A stretch of DNA of 64,000 nt, taken from Paraphysomonas bandaiensis. Lineage: Eukaryota > Protista > Chrysophyceae. Location of the stretch: assembly GCA_965644295.1 (NCBI GenBank), contig CBFFRP010000371.1:1-64000 (forward strand), in the 5' to 3' direction. A program made the translations under genes and the position numbers. This document shows positions 11,006 through 22,301 of the stretch, in pieces; the first letter of the stretch is position 1; every line of letters starts with the position of its first letter. The notes below the pieces were generated by a model. The model saw nothing but the letters and a program-made list of their open reading frames with translations, did not search any database and was not told the DNA's origin.

Positions 11006-12889
11006 TCATGTTCCAATATCTGTAATTCGACCCTCGTATTTAACTATCAACCCTATAATACTCTCGAATATCTTTGGACCTCTTATATCTACAACGAAAT
11101 CCCAACCTCTTACTTCGACATCGAAATCCCAACCATCACACTTATTAAAACTGGACGTTGATCCAACTACGACAGGGTGGAGAATTTGGGGTAAAGGAAT
11201 GAGAAAAATAGTGTTAGGAATTCCAAAGTATAGATTCCGAAGAGTGGCAGTAAAACTGTTGTAACATGTATCAATATCAAAATGAAACTGTAGTGGACCG
11301 AATGTTTCTACCATAGACTCTTCACATATATGCTGCCTAGTGTTGAATGAGAATGACTTGTATTCATCACTAAACACTCTACACCAGTACTCAGCACCTT
11401 CCCTGTCAGTAGTGACGTTCAATAACACCCTTCCATTTGAGATGTTTTCTGACATACCCATCAGAGTCGAAATGATAACTGATAGTATACTTGTTCCCCT
11501 TGTAAGTGTAACTGTCCCGCTGCATTTTCTGTCTACATCCCAGCGGTGAAAGTCAGATATTGCCCCATTTCTTTGCATAAATTCTTCTCCCAATAGCCGA
11601 TGATACAGCCCCTGTCCCAAATTTGGCGGGGTATAACTCCATCCCAGAGCTGCACGATGAGTCCAATCAAATACTACAGTTTTCAACTTACTGGGAAACA
11701 TGCCGAATAATACGTCACGGATAGTGTTGTAAGGTGTTCCCATTGCCCCCATTGTGTGCACTAGGGGCACAAGAGTTTGTACTGACCGTGTCCTAAACTT
11801 TCTTGATCGTTCGAACGACAGAAGTGCTGTACAAATGTCTGCTGTAGAAAGAGTCGATATGTCCCGCACATCTTGTTCAAGTTTGCATGCTTCATGGAGT
11901 CGATGTGCAAGCTCGAATGCATCTTCGATACTCAAACATGCACCCTGAGCTAAATTTGGTGCCATTGCATGAGCTGCATCACCGATAATTACCACACGAC
12001 CCGAGCACCACGACGGCATGACAGGAACCTCTTGCAGGTCAGCTTGGTAAATACCATCCTCATGGGTGCTTTCAAGAAGCGATAACGCGTGCGGACCAAA
12101 CGGTTTGATAAGATCGGATAGATTTTGCTTAACGGCTTGAATGGATTTCACATCATCCGGAAGAGCTTTGTCGGAGCATATAAACCAAAAGAATTCCCCC
12201 GCGGGCAGCGGTACGACACCAAATCGGCGACCAGGGTGCCATGCCTCATAAGCAGGGAACTCATCTGTGGTGTGATCTAGATACACATCTGACTGACCGA
12301 CGCCTTGCCAGTAATAATACCCACAAGGTTTCGTCTGGATTGTTGGGAAAAGCAATTTCCGAATCGTAGAATGTACTCCATCTGCCCCAACTAATAGGGA
12401 CCCTTCTATCTCAGTCCCATCGTCCAGTGTAACGACAACGCCTTGAAACGTTTCTCTAAATGATACAACTTTACAACCCATCCGTATATTCTCCTCATTA
12501 ATACCAGCAGAGAGAGCATCATGTAAGCTTGCACGTCTCAAACAAAGACAACTTGTATGTCTAATGTGTTTATTGTTGCTGGGTCTAACGAGCCATTCAT
12601 CAGAGAGGAGCTGCTTATAACTCCTGTATCCTGCACATGATAATGTACATCCAATCAACTTCGATTCAATTCCTAGTTGTTTAAGAGCTTTTAATGCAGG
12701 TCCCCATAGTCCTATTCCCCCTCCTATTGGCTTTCTTCTATTACTATCTGTATATATACGTGTATCTACAGGGGGGCTCTGCTCTATTATTATATGAGGT
12801 ATATGACACTTATACAAAGCTGCACTGAGTGTTAAACCAGCTATACCACCACCACTTATTATTACAGGACGAGTTGATGTGATACTCAT
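11006..12889 (-). CDS. FAD-dependent monooxygenase (class A flavoprotein) with C-terminal DUF4166-like domain, intronless
   Basis: GGGIAGL, LVGADGVHSTIR, IIGDAAHAMAPNLAQGACLSIEDA; C-terminal GTVTLTRG...EYWCRVF...ETFGPLQF. Confidence 0.9.
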   Translation of the reverse strand: MSITSTRPVIISGGGIAGLTLSAALYKCHIPHIIIEQSPPVDTRIYTDSNRRKPIGGGIGLWGPALKALKQLGIESKLIGCTLSCAGYRSYKQLLSDEWLVRPSNNKHIRHTSCLCLRRASLHDALSAGINEENIRMGCKVVSFRETFQGVVVTLDDGTEIEGSLLVGADGVHSTIRKLLFPTIQTKPCGYYYWQGVGQSDVYLDHTTDEFPAYEAWHPGRRFGVVPLPAGEFFWFICSDKALPDDVKSIQAVKQNLSDLIKPFGPHALSLLESTHEDGIYQADLQEVPVMPSWCSGRVVIIGDAAHAMAPNLAQGACLSIEDAFELAHRLHEACKLEQDVRDISTLSTADICTALLSFERSRKFRTRSVQTLVPLVHTMGAMGTPYNTIRDVLFGMFPSKLKTVVFDWTHRAALGWSYTPPNLGQGLYHRLLGEEFMQRNGAISDFHRWDVDRKCSGTVTLTRGTSILSVIISTLMGMSENISNGRVLLNVTTDREGAEYWCRVFSDEYKSFSFNTRQHICEESMVETFGPLQFHFDIDTCYNSFTATLRNLYFGIPNTIFLIPLPQILHPVVVGSTSSFNKCDGWDFDVEVRGWDFVVDIRGPKIFESIIGLIVKYEGRITDIGT

Positions 12890-13384
12890 GATGTATTAGT
12901 TGATAATATGCTGATCTTAATGCATCACAGGCTGACATATATGTATACATACACAGTCCATCTGCCTGCTGTATACATACAGAGTCATATATGGATATCT
13001 GCCTGGATATGCATAGCATAATCTTCAATATAGATATCAGCAAAAAAGTACAGAAAATTGATATCAAATTTATTAGATAATCAGAAAAACAAAGGTTTTT
13101 ATGACCTACTTGTACATCATTATGTACAGCAGAGAATCCGAGAGAACAAGCTGCTTGATGATCGTATATATATATATACTTCATATGCTACATGTACTGT
13201 ATGTGTGTATCTACTTGTAGTCGTCGTACAGGTCTCTCGTATACATATCCAGATATATACAGTAGCAAGTCATGCATACATTTCTCCATATCTATATATA
13301 GGCGACAGCAGTACATCCATCTATCCACTCCTTCCATACTAGTTATCATAACCATCAAATTTATTCTATTACAATATTCTCTCT

Positions 13385-14395
13385 ATGGAAACAAGAAACA
13401 TAATCTCATCAGAGTTTTATAATGAATATCATGGTCATAACATCCCTCATTTAACTACACTATACAGTCATTTACGTACTAATCATAACATCCCCCTTAT
13501 ATTTCTAGCGGGTGATTCTTCATTAGATAATAAACACTGGTTTAATGAAACTGATCATGCAGTTAATGGCTATGAGAGTATCTTAAATCCCCCCATGTCT
13601 AATAAGGATATAGCGTATTGGATGAATAAGGAGCTAGTAGATAGAGGGCTTACTGGTCAATTAGCAACTATAAATTGTGCTATTGAAGAATCAACTCTTA
13701 GTGATAGAACATGTGGACATTTGCGTAAACAAGATATATTCATTATGGAAAATATACAACGGCAGGATGTGTTGATTGTTTCAGTCGGTGGTAATGACAT
13801 TGCTCTTCGTCCGTCCCCTTGTACAATACTGAATCTCTTATCTTTGGTTAACTGCACATGCACAAGTTGTATTGAGAAATTCTCTTGTGGATCAGCTTGT
13901 CCATGTGATGATTTATGCATGGGTTGTAGTTTTGGATGCTTATCTAATATATGTGCCTTCCCTTGCGGCATGGGGTATTTCATTCATCTCTTCAAGACAA
14001 GAATAGAGGCATTTGTACGCCGCATGACACAAAGATGCCGCCCACGTATAATATTGGTGTGTATGATATATTTCTTAGATGAGACACCCGGTTCGTCATG
14101 GGCAGAACCTGCGTTGAGAGTATTACAATATAACACCAATCCGCGCAAATTACAGGTTGTCATTGAGCGTTTGTTCATACTTGCTACCAGTCAGATCCAT
14201 ATTGAAGGTAGCAAAGTTATTCCAGTGCCACTCTACCAAGCGTTGAATGGGAAGTTATCAGCTGATTACGTGGAAAGAGTTGAGCCATCCGCTTCGGGAG
14301 GATATAAGGTTGGTAGTTTTTTGATTGATGAAGTTTTGAGAGAACTCCACCAGTGTGCCAACGTGGAAAGCGATAACATACCTGAACGACACTGA
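13385..14395 (+). CDS. SGNH/GDSL-like uncharacterised protein, intronless
   Basis: FLAGDSSLDNK (block I), VSVGGND (block III), VEPSASGG (block V position); Cys-rich insert. Confidence 0.8.
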   Translation: METRNIISSEFYNEYHGHNIPHLTTLYSHLRTNHNIPLIFLAGDSSLDNKHWFNETDHAVNGYESILNPPMSNKDIAYWMNKELVDRGLTGQLATINCAIEESTLSDRTCGHLRKQDIFIMENIQRQDVLIVSVGGNDIALRPSPCTILNLLSLVNCTCTSCIEKFSCGSACPCDDLCMGCSFGCLSNICAFPCGMGYFIHLFKTRIEAFVRRMTQRCRPRIILVCMIYFLDETPGSSWAEPALRVLQYNTNPRKLQVVIERLFILATSQIHIEGSKVIPVPLYQALNGKLSADYVERVEPSASGGYKVGSFLIDEVLRELHQCANVESDNIPERH

Positions 14396-16127
14396 TAGTA
14401 CATGTACAGTAGAGTTAAGGCAACCGTAATTATCAGCTTTAAATTATTCTTTACAATGTAATTTGAAAGTTCATATTCACCTGTAATAAATGTAATTATA
14501 TGTATTTATGTATGAGTCAGTTGTTGTCAAAGCTAGTTTTATTCGCCATTTAAAATGGAAAAAGTCAGAAATGGCGCTATCTATAAATAGACTATATCGT
14601 TCCTCGCAAAAGCATTTGAAACGTGTGACTCTATTCCTTATCCCTAGGTTCGGGAAGGGCCTCGTACTAACTCGTAACCGCAATTATAATGACCATTTCT
14701 AGTAAATGACTAAGTAGTTAATAATGATAGATAGTGTGGGCTCACTTATTGCTAATTCGCTAAAAAAACATACTACAAATTGACTTCTTTAATTACGTAT
14801 CATCATCGTTTTCGCACTTTTTTCTCCACTGGCATATCGAGAGTAGTAGCATCGTAACATCCAACTTAGATTTGGGGTCATGTTTCGATGCTCAGGTTGT
14901 TGAGTTCTTTTGCCGTTTGTGAGCAATTAAAAGCTGTAGTGTCTAAGATATTTAAATTATAACCGTTACTCAAAGAGTACAGTAGTGCTAATCGAGTTAT
15001 GAGAATCAATGAAATGATAACTATTGTAGTATACTGAAGCGGAAATTTATTGACTGTACAAGATAGTGACGATGATGTAAGATATCACTAGTAGAAATGG
15101 TTGGTGTAGTAGAGATAAATCGAGTTGGTGAATGATAATGAATGATATCTCTTATAATTTATAATATACTGCTTAAAGTGTTTATCTAAGGCCTCTTACT
15201 ACGTTCAACTACTCTACTGGAGTAATGATTTTATATTCTATGGTGAATTTGTTAATATAAGTGTGCTTTAGAAGTTAGCAGCATATTATTGTATGTAGAA
15301 GGCCACCGAGTAAACTGTTGTTTAACCTCGTAAACTAGTATATAGTATAAAAAGTATAGATATTTATAGCTTGTTCGCTGTTTGAAGAAACAAGTTCCCA
15401 CTGATTTATATCAGTAAACATAGTATTGTTTAATTAATATAGTAAACAGTGATTAATATCAATGGTGTCTATATCCTTAAGAATAGAGGGAACGGCAATA
15501 GTACTATGTCAACTCTAAACAATAAATTTCAAATGCGACAACAGATGTACCCCTACCACAGAACAACAGATAAGGTGTGTGGTATTAAATTTCGTAAGAA
15601 TCTGTTCTGATGAATGTGAAAAATGTAGTCACATCGTCATAACATTATGTCCATCACGCTTAATCCTTGATAATGCAACTTACTCAAATGTGCGCATGAT
15701 ACGAGGCACATTATTCTGATAAGGAGCACAATGTGGACCTTTCCAAAAACTGTGTAATATATTTAAAATTCAAAGGGCTGTGAAGAACTAAAACAAAATA
15801 TAGCTTCTGTTCAAACCTATAATTTTTCGGTGCTAATAAGAGTGTTCAGTTGAGCCCAATTCATGTCAAAATCCTTAACTACAAAATTCACCCTACGGTG
15901 TGGTTATGAACGCATACACAAAATGGCATATTGCAATGAGGACGAAAAAAAATGCATTCATATTATCAATTCTTTGATGCAGTATATCTGCACCAAGAGA
16001 AGTACTACTGTTAGAGATGTACGAATCTCTTCTGCTTCAATGTTCAAAACAATTCTAGATACGGAAAAAATAAATTGTGATACATAGATAAAAGACCACC
16101 GAATCATATCAACTACAATGTCATATA

Positions 16128-17430
16128 TTAGATTGCGGTGGACTTGCTGGGACGATATTGAGGAGCAAAATAGGAATACTTTTTCAAAATGGCCTTTACT
16201 TCTTGGGAAGTACATACTTTACCATTTTGCGATACGCTTCCGGGTGTAAAAGTTGAGAAGAAACGACGTTCTATGTGTGTTTTAACAGCACACACATCTA
16301 CATTAAATGGAGATGGGTATTTCTTATCCAAGAGGCTTCTCCACGAGCCTTCCAGTAGACCAAAAAATCGGTGCCTCTGTAGTGCAGTAAAGTTTTTTCC
16401 TGCTCCAAGACGCGTAGGAATACGTACATCAAGCAACCCATGAATGAGAGACACGAATTCCGGTGACACATCCCTCTCATAGGGAGTGGCTTGAGGTAAA
16501 CTAACTCGTGGGATACCGACTGTGTTGTCATTCATATGGTTTGAAACTTCAATTTCAGAATCTTCAACAAAAAAATTTTGAGTGGTTGTGTACCGCGAAA
16601 ATGATATCGAAGCATCACATGTCCTTGTCGTCATAGTATCGTCTGATTGCCTGAATATATAGCTGTCCCACAAATCGTCATACATGCTTTCAACATACTG
16701 AACAAACTGACGGGGACAATGCTTGGCAAACGGTCGCCTTAGATATACTAGTTCGTGTAACATGATACCGAGACTCCAGAAGTCGCTCTCGAAGCTGTGC
16801 TGATGAGTAGTTGTTAAGACCTCAGGGGAGTGGTAGCCAAACGTTCCACTTGTCTGAGTGCATACGATACTTCCGGAAGTGGCGCTATTGTGGGCAATAC
16901 CAAAGTCGACGAGGCGGACATAGCCACGTTTGTCCAATACGATATTCTCAGGTTTCAAATCTAATAACAGCGATATTAGTTTAAACATTTCAGATATATA
17001 ACATGAATATACCTCTGTGAATAATTCCATGAGAATGTATATGATTAAGACCTAGTGCCACAGATGCAGCAATGAATACAATGTGTTTCTCTGTGAATTC
17101 CATAAACGTGTTGAGGTAGTATCTAAGGTCACCTCCTTCAAGTAAATCAATTGCCATGTAACAATTTCTGTTATCATGAAAAGCGAAATGCAAATTACTT
17201 AACAATGGATGATATGGTAATGTTTTAAGGGCTGTTAACTCTCCCATAAGTAGATTCATTCCAATAGATTTCTTTGTTATAGTATCAATTGATATAACTT
17301 TCATCGCTAAATGTGTTTTTGTAGGAAGATGACAAGCTTTCATTATAGTAGCAAAGGATCCTACTCCAATTACTTGACCTACTGAGAAATCCTTCCCTTG
17401 AGGAGCATATGAGGAGGCTCCACCCCCCAT
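16128..17430 (-). CDS. AGC-family Ser/Thr kinase; exons 17430-17013, 16960-16128
   Basis: GVGSFA, AMK, spliced HRDLKPEN, DFG, GTFGYHSPE, DFWSLG, RLG; MGGGAS possible N-myristoylation signal. Confidence 0.93.
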
Positions 17431-18147
17431 TATAGCGATAGATGATGGATAATATGGCAGATGTCTTAATGAAGTCTCATGTCAGAATGAATGAAGGGTG
17501 AATGGGTAGATATATATGTGGTGCATCATTAGATTATGATCATCGTCAGTGTTATCGTATATGGTATACTATGAAGTTGATGTACACTAAACCACACATG
17601 TTCCATTCAACATATGAGGGCATACGGTGGACAAGATGGGATTTTTGTTCCCTAAAAATTCTACCAATTCCCATACATACAAACACACACCATCGTAGTA
17701 CTGTACATCGTACGATGTATGTAGTATATGGAGACTGAGTTTAGCTACTATAAAATACCACAGCGATACAGTACATAGATAGATACACCGTATTGGTATA
17801 CGTATATTGTACTGTACATGTATACAACTACGCAGTATTCATTAACGTCACCAAGCTGTCTATACTACGCTTGTGTATTTGAATAATACAGTAACCCACC
17901 ACATGTAACATACAGCACCATATGGTACAACTTCGTACTGCTGAGTATACCATACAGTAGTATCATATACTCCTGTGTATTTGAAGAATACAGTATTTGA
18001 AATCAGTGGAATTCTATAAAATATGAGGTGGGTTAACAGCCATATATATGACACCTGTCACACATTACTTCAACAACATCAATTGTCATCATCTTCTCCA
18101 TGTCTTGCATATTTGTTGCATTGTAATATACATACATTGCAATAGCA

Positions 18148-18462
18148 GTGAAGATCAAGCATTTATCTATCTCTATGGTACGGAAGTTGTATTCTGGAGA
18201 GGAGATCATTCATGTATCCATAGCATTGGCCCCCAACAATGCCAGCCGATCTCCTGATATTGTTTACTTACCTTATGTCATCAAAGTTAAAATGAAGCAA
18301 ACATGCAAAAGATTAATGGAAGTCATATGCTCAAGAGAGAATATCAACAGAGACCGATGCAGTTATCGCATTCTCGGATCGAACACATTTCTCAACGAAA
18401 ACGAAACATATTTTAATCTCGGAATTATATCTGATGCCACTATTCTTCTTGAATTGTATTAG
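18148..18462 (+). CDS. Small ubiquitin/SUMO-like domain protein (start uncertain, ATG at 18175)
   Basis: IKVKMKQTCKRLMEVIC...LNENETYFNLGIISDATILL resembles a beta-grasp SUMO-like domain; no di-Gly. Confidence 0.4.
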   Translation: MKIKHLSISMVRKLYSGEEIIHVSIALAPNNASRSPDIVYLPYVIKVKMKQTCKRLMEVICSRENINRDRCSYRILGSNTFLNENETYFNLGIISDATILLELY

Positions 18463-19309
18463 TGTATATATGATTGGAAATAACTCCACTTTGATTCTTA
18501 GTGGAAATAAACGTTGCTGTAATTTTGTATATCAGGATACTAGTCACTGCATTTAGGACTTGTTAACTTTTCCGTAGTCTGTGAATATAGCACATAAAAT
18601 TTTATTGTACAACTATATTGTTAATATGTTATGTAGAATTTTATAAGGTCTACATTATTGTATAATCTAATGGAAATATTTAATTGCAATGTACTCTCGA
18701 CGAAGATGCAACCTGTAGATCTTTGCTCCAGTGCTCGCAATTTGAACTGTTACACTTCATATTACGTAATATAGCACAGACATCGTAAATATAGACGCAT
18801 ATATCAGAGATATGACCTACTAATTCGCACCCTTTCGGATTTCTCCTGTGTATACGTTGTAAGAAGATATTTCATGCGCCTGGCCTCACGGAAGCTCGTT
18901 GTTTGGTAATGATGATGCGTTTGCAGCACACACACATATTGGACTATACCGGCTACGCTCTCTAGTTGACACTGCATTGGTTTCAAGAGATTAACTTTAA
19001 CTATACTGGTATCTACAAAATCCACAATCCAGTACAGCTAGTCCGTGATATACCATTTGCTGCTGCCAACAGAGTTTATGACATAAAAATAATTACTTTT
19101 TTCTCATGTCACAAGATGGATACACTATAATAGCTATGCAGTTATATTCGTCACACATTTGAGGATGCTATACTGCAAATGTAGCAGCCTCTCTACATGA
19201 TATGTACTTCCAAGAATGATAACAGAACAAGCTACGATTTCACATCGCAGCAATTGTTAAACTCAAATGGGAAATGATAAAAAACGATGAACTAATAGCA
19301 CCGAATTTG

Positions 19310-20773
19310 TCAAAACTCCCACATATCATTACTGCTCCCAGATGGGGAGTCCTCGTAGGCCTCATTACCTTCCCAGTAATCCCGAAAGTCATCCTGCATT
19401 GCTGCATCTTCAATTGCATCCTGTTCGAGTTGCTCTTCGCTACGCTCCATAATCCACTCTGTCCATTCCTTCCCATCTGAATCAGCCCTCTGAGCCTCCC
19501 TGTCGAAGTCAAACTGAAATTGCATTGCTTCTTCATGAGTGTAGAAGAGTTCAGATAGTTCATGAGGTGCGTACTTCTGGCGGTGAAAAAAAGTATCCGA
19601 CACAATACCCTCGACAAAGGTAACCCTGCGAGCCCCTTTCTCGACGTCCTTACTAGGAGACATTCCCGAAACATTACCTTCGAAATCATCGGAATAATCA
19701 TCCGCATGGTTATCCTCCTGGTTGTGATCTCTTGCGCCTATGATATCATCGTCGGCTTCAACGACGACATTTCCATCGCTTTGTTCATCATCTTCTCCAG
19801 TACGGTCATGCGCCGAAGGGACATCAATTTGCTCATTATCTTTTTGGAAAGATGGGCCATCTGATTCAGTATTCGTCCCTTCTGCTGGAACAGAATTAGA
19901 GTTAGGACAATCGCTATCGAAACTGTCAGAAACATAGACAACCCCACTTGCATCGCTCATTCTTACAACATCATCGTCACACTCTCTCCCCATATCCACA
20001 GCTCCACAACCAATACCCTCGTCATCATACGTTGCCTGGGGCCACTCGACACTGTGTGATGTCCCGCCTTTTGAACTCGATTGGGAACCCTCTGAACAGG
20101 ATTCTTCTTGATATACCCTCTTAGAGGTCACCTCCACTACATTTTGAGCTTCAATCACAGGAATGTTTGAATTTTCCTTTACATCTTGCGGTTCTAAGAC
20201 AGCAGATGGCAAATGAATGTTATTTTGAAGCGATTCCGATGAAGGTTGACAATTGTTCGTTTCGACAATGACGTCCTTCTGAATGGGAGAATCGGTACTG
20301 TGATCGGACGAAGGATGCTGCGCAGCGGGAACTGTCTCAGCAGAAGAATCTCCGGACATATTCGCAGTAAAACTTAAAGTCTGCCTTTTACTAGGGTCAA
20401 AACCTCCTGAACTCTTGCCTCCAACAGGAGCAGAGCGTGTTCCACTGCTTCTTGAATGTCGCCCACGGCGCTTCGAGTGTCCACGTATAGTTTGAGAAGG
20501 TTCACAACTAGAATACTCTGGGGATTTATAATCTTTTTTATCCCGTCTGCGGGATCGACGAGCTGCACAGAAATCTGATATCAATTCTTGTATACGAAGC
20601 TCATCGAATATACTGTCAATGGTATGGTTCACTAGATAAGAGCATTCTGAACCGATACCAACACCTGATTTACTAAGACTTCTTATAACTCTTTTCTTTA
20701 TATGATCGACAAGATTCATATCAGATATAATGGAGTTCAGTACGAGATCCATCTCGTCAGCAGGTATAACCAT
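19310..20773 (-). CDS. Acidic, disordered hypothetical protein with RVxF (PP1-docking-like) motif
   Basis: 487-aa intronless ORF; RRVTF...ELFYT near the C-terminus. Confidence 0.75.
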   Translation of the reverse strand: MVIPADEMDLVLNSIISDMNLVDHIKKRVIRSLSKSGVGIGSECSYLVNHTIDSIFDELRIQELISDFCAARRSRRRDKKDYKSPEYSSCEPSQTIRGHSKRRGRHSRSSGTRSAPVGGKSSGGFDPSKRQTLSFTANMSGDSSAETVPAAQHPSSDHSTDSPIQKDVIVETNNCQPSSESLQNNIHLPSAVLEPQDVKENSNIPVIEAQNVVEVTSKRVYQEESCSEGSQSSSKGGTSHSVEWPQATYDDEGIGCGAVDMGRECDDDVVRMSDASGVVYVSDSFDSDCPNSNSVPAEGTNTESDGPSFQKDNEQIDVPSAHDRTGEDDEQSDGNVVVEADDDIIGARDHNQEDNHADDYSDDFEGNVSGMSPSKDVEKGARRVTFVEGIVSDTFFHRQKYAPHELSELFYTHEEAMQFQFDFDREAQRADSDGKEWTEWIMERSEEQLEQDAIEDAAMQDDFRDYWEGNEAYEDSPSGSSNDMWEF

Positions 20774-21274
20774 ATCGATGAATAGTAGGATCTAATGATA
20801 CTATACTGTTGAATTAATTAATAAAAGAATATCAATTCATTTAATAGTAAATCTAGTTCAACTGTAAGTTTATTGTAGAGTGTGTATATATATCCTCTGA
20901 GAGTTATGTAGGTGTTTATATATTGAGACCTGCTGTATATGAGTGTCACAACTATCCTATCTGTACATCTACAACGGTATGTAAGAGTTGTATATATTGG
21001 TACTGCAGTACATGTACTGGTGTACTACGAATATCTGGTGGAATATATGACTTTTGGTGTTGGGAGTTGTACCTCGAGAAACATTACCTGGAGAGTACAG
21101 CAGTACAGCATCACAGCAGTACCATATATACAGTGTCCTACAGTTGATGGCAATATACGGCAGCAGGCAGCAGTATGTGCAGTGCACAGTAATGATGCAA
21201 CATACAACACACATATCATAGCAACCGTTTATTCTACCAGTCATCTGAGAGGCAAGAATCTAACAACATTTGTG

Positions 21275-21564
21275 ATGGCATTCCGGTTATCTGATCGGGC
21301 TTCTAAAAGAGTTGTGGTAAGGCATTTAGTGGCTAACGTGTTTGTATATAATGTATTCGTTAGTGGACACTATATATCCTCTTTGGAATAGGATTTCAGG
21401 GGGGAGCATATTTAGCTATTACAGGTAAAGAAATTGGTAGTATTTCTATTCTTAAATCTTATATAAATGCCCACGTAGGTCAACTGGAAGATAATACATT
21501 CCGTCGAGCAATGGAACTCAAAGAAAAACAAGAACGTGCTAACAAGGAGCAGGAAAGCAAGTAG
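21275..21564 (+). CDS. 62-aa single-TM microprotein; exons 21275-21316, 21364-21424, 21479-21564
   Basis: Two GT-AG introns (47 and 54 nt) splice to MAFRLSDRASKRVVWTLYILFGIGFQGGAYLAITGQLEDNTFRRAMELKEKQERANKEQESK*. Confidence 0.7.
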
Positions 21565-22301
21565 TACACATATTTAGTATAGACCTCAGTGTTTTTTATG
21601 CATGCCTCTTTTTCATGAACTATATTAGTAGTTGTTACGGTTGTACAAGTGATATTGTGTCAGTAGTTTAAATATGTTGATAAATAATATGCTTGGAACC
21701 AAACGGGTTAGTCTAATTTGCATCACTGCAATACCTGTAAATCGAAATATGGTAGTGACGTCAAACTAGTGTACTGTGCTGAGCTTGCAATGTAATGTTG
21801 TAAAATTCCACGGGAGGTAACTAGTCAGTTGGGGTTGTTAGTTGTGGAAAAATTGCTGAAAGCACATTGATATTTAGTTTAACTGCTATTATACGCAACC
21901 AATAGACAAATGCATGAACCACATAATAGGCGGGAAGTTTCACTGCTTTCTCAATAGTATGTAGTATGTATGTATTACATACTACGTAATATGTAACATT
22001 AGTGCGTGTGGAATGTGGAATACATGAGCGTTCGACTGAAGACAGAAGCAACATTGGCAGAATATAGATCGTCTATACTGGAGGGTACTTAACTACTGCG
22101 TAACAGCCATTAGGTTTCGGTACAATTAAAAGTGAGTATTATACATTATACAAACAACTATTAGAGGTAAAACAAAATTCGATTAGTTCAGTACGCTATA
22201 CTACGTTCTCTACTAAAAAGTACGCATAATCTACAAATGATGAAATGAAATTGACGGCAGTTGGACAATATACAGTACACAATAAAAGGTTCAAAAGTGC
22301 A

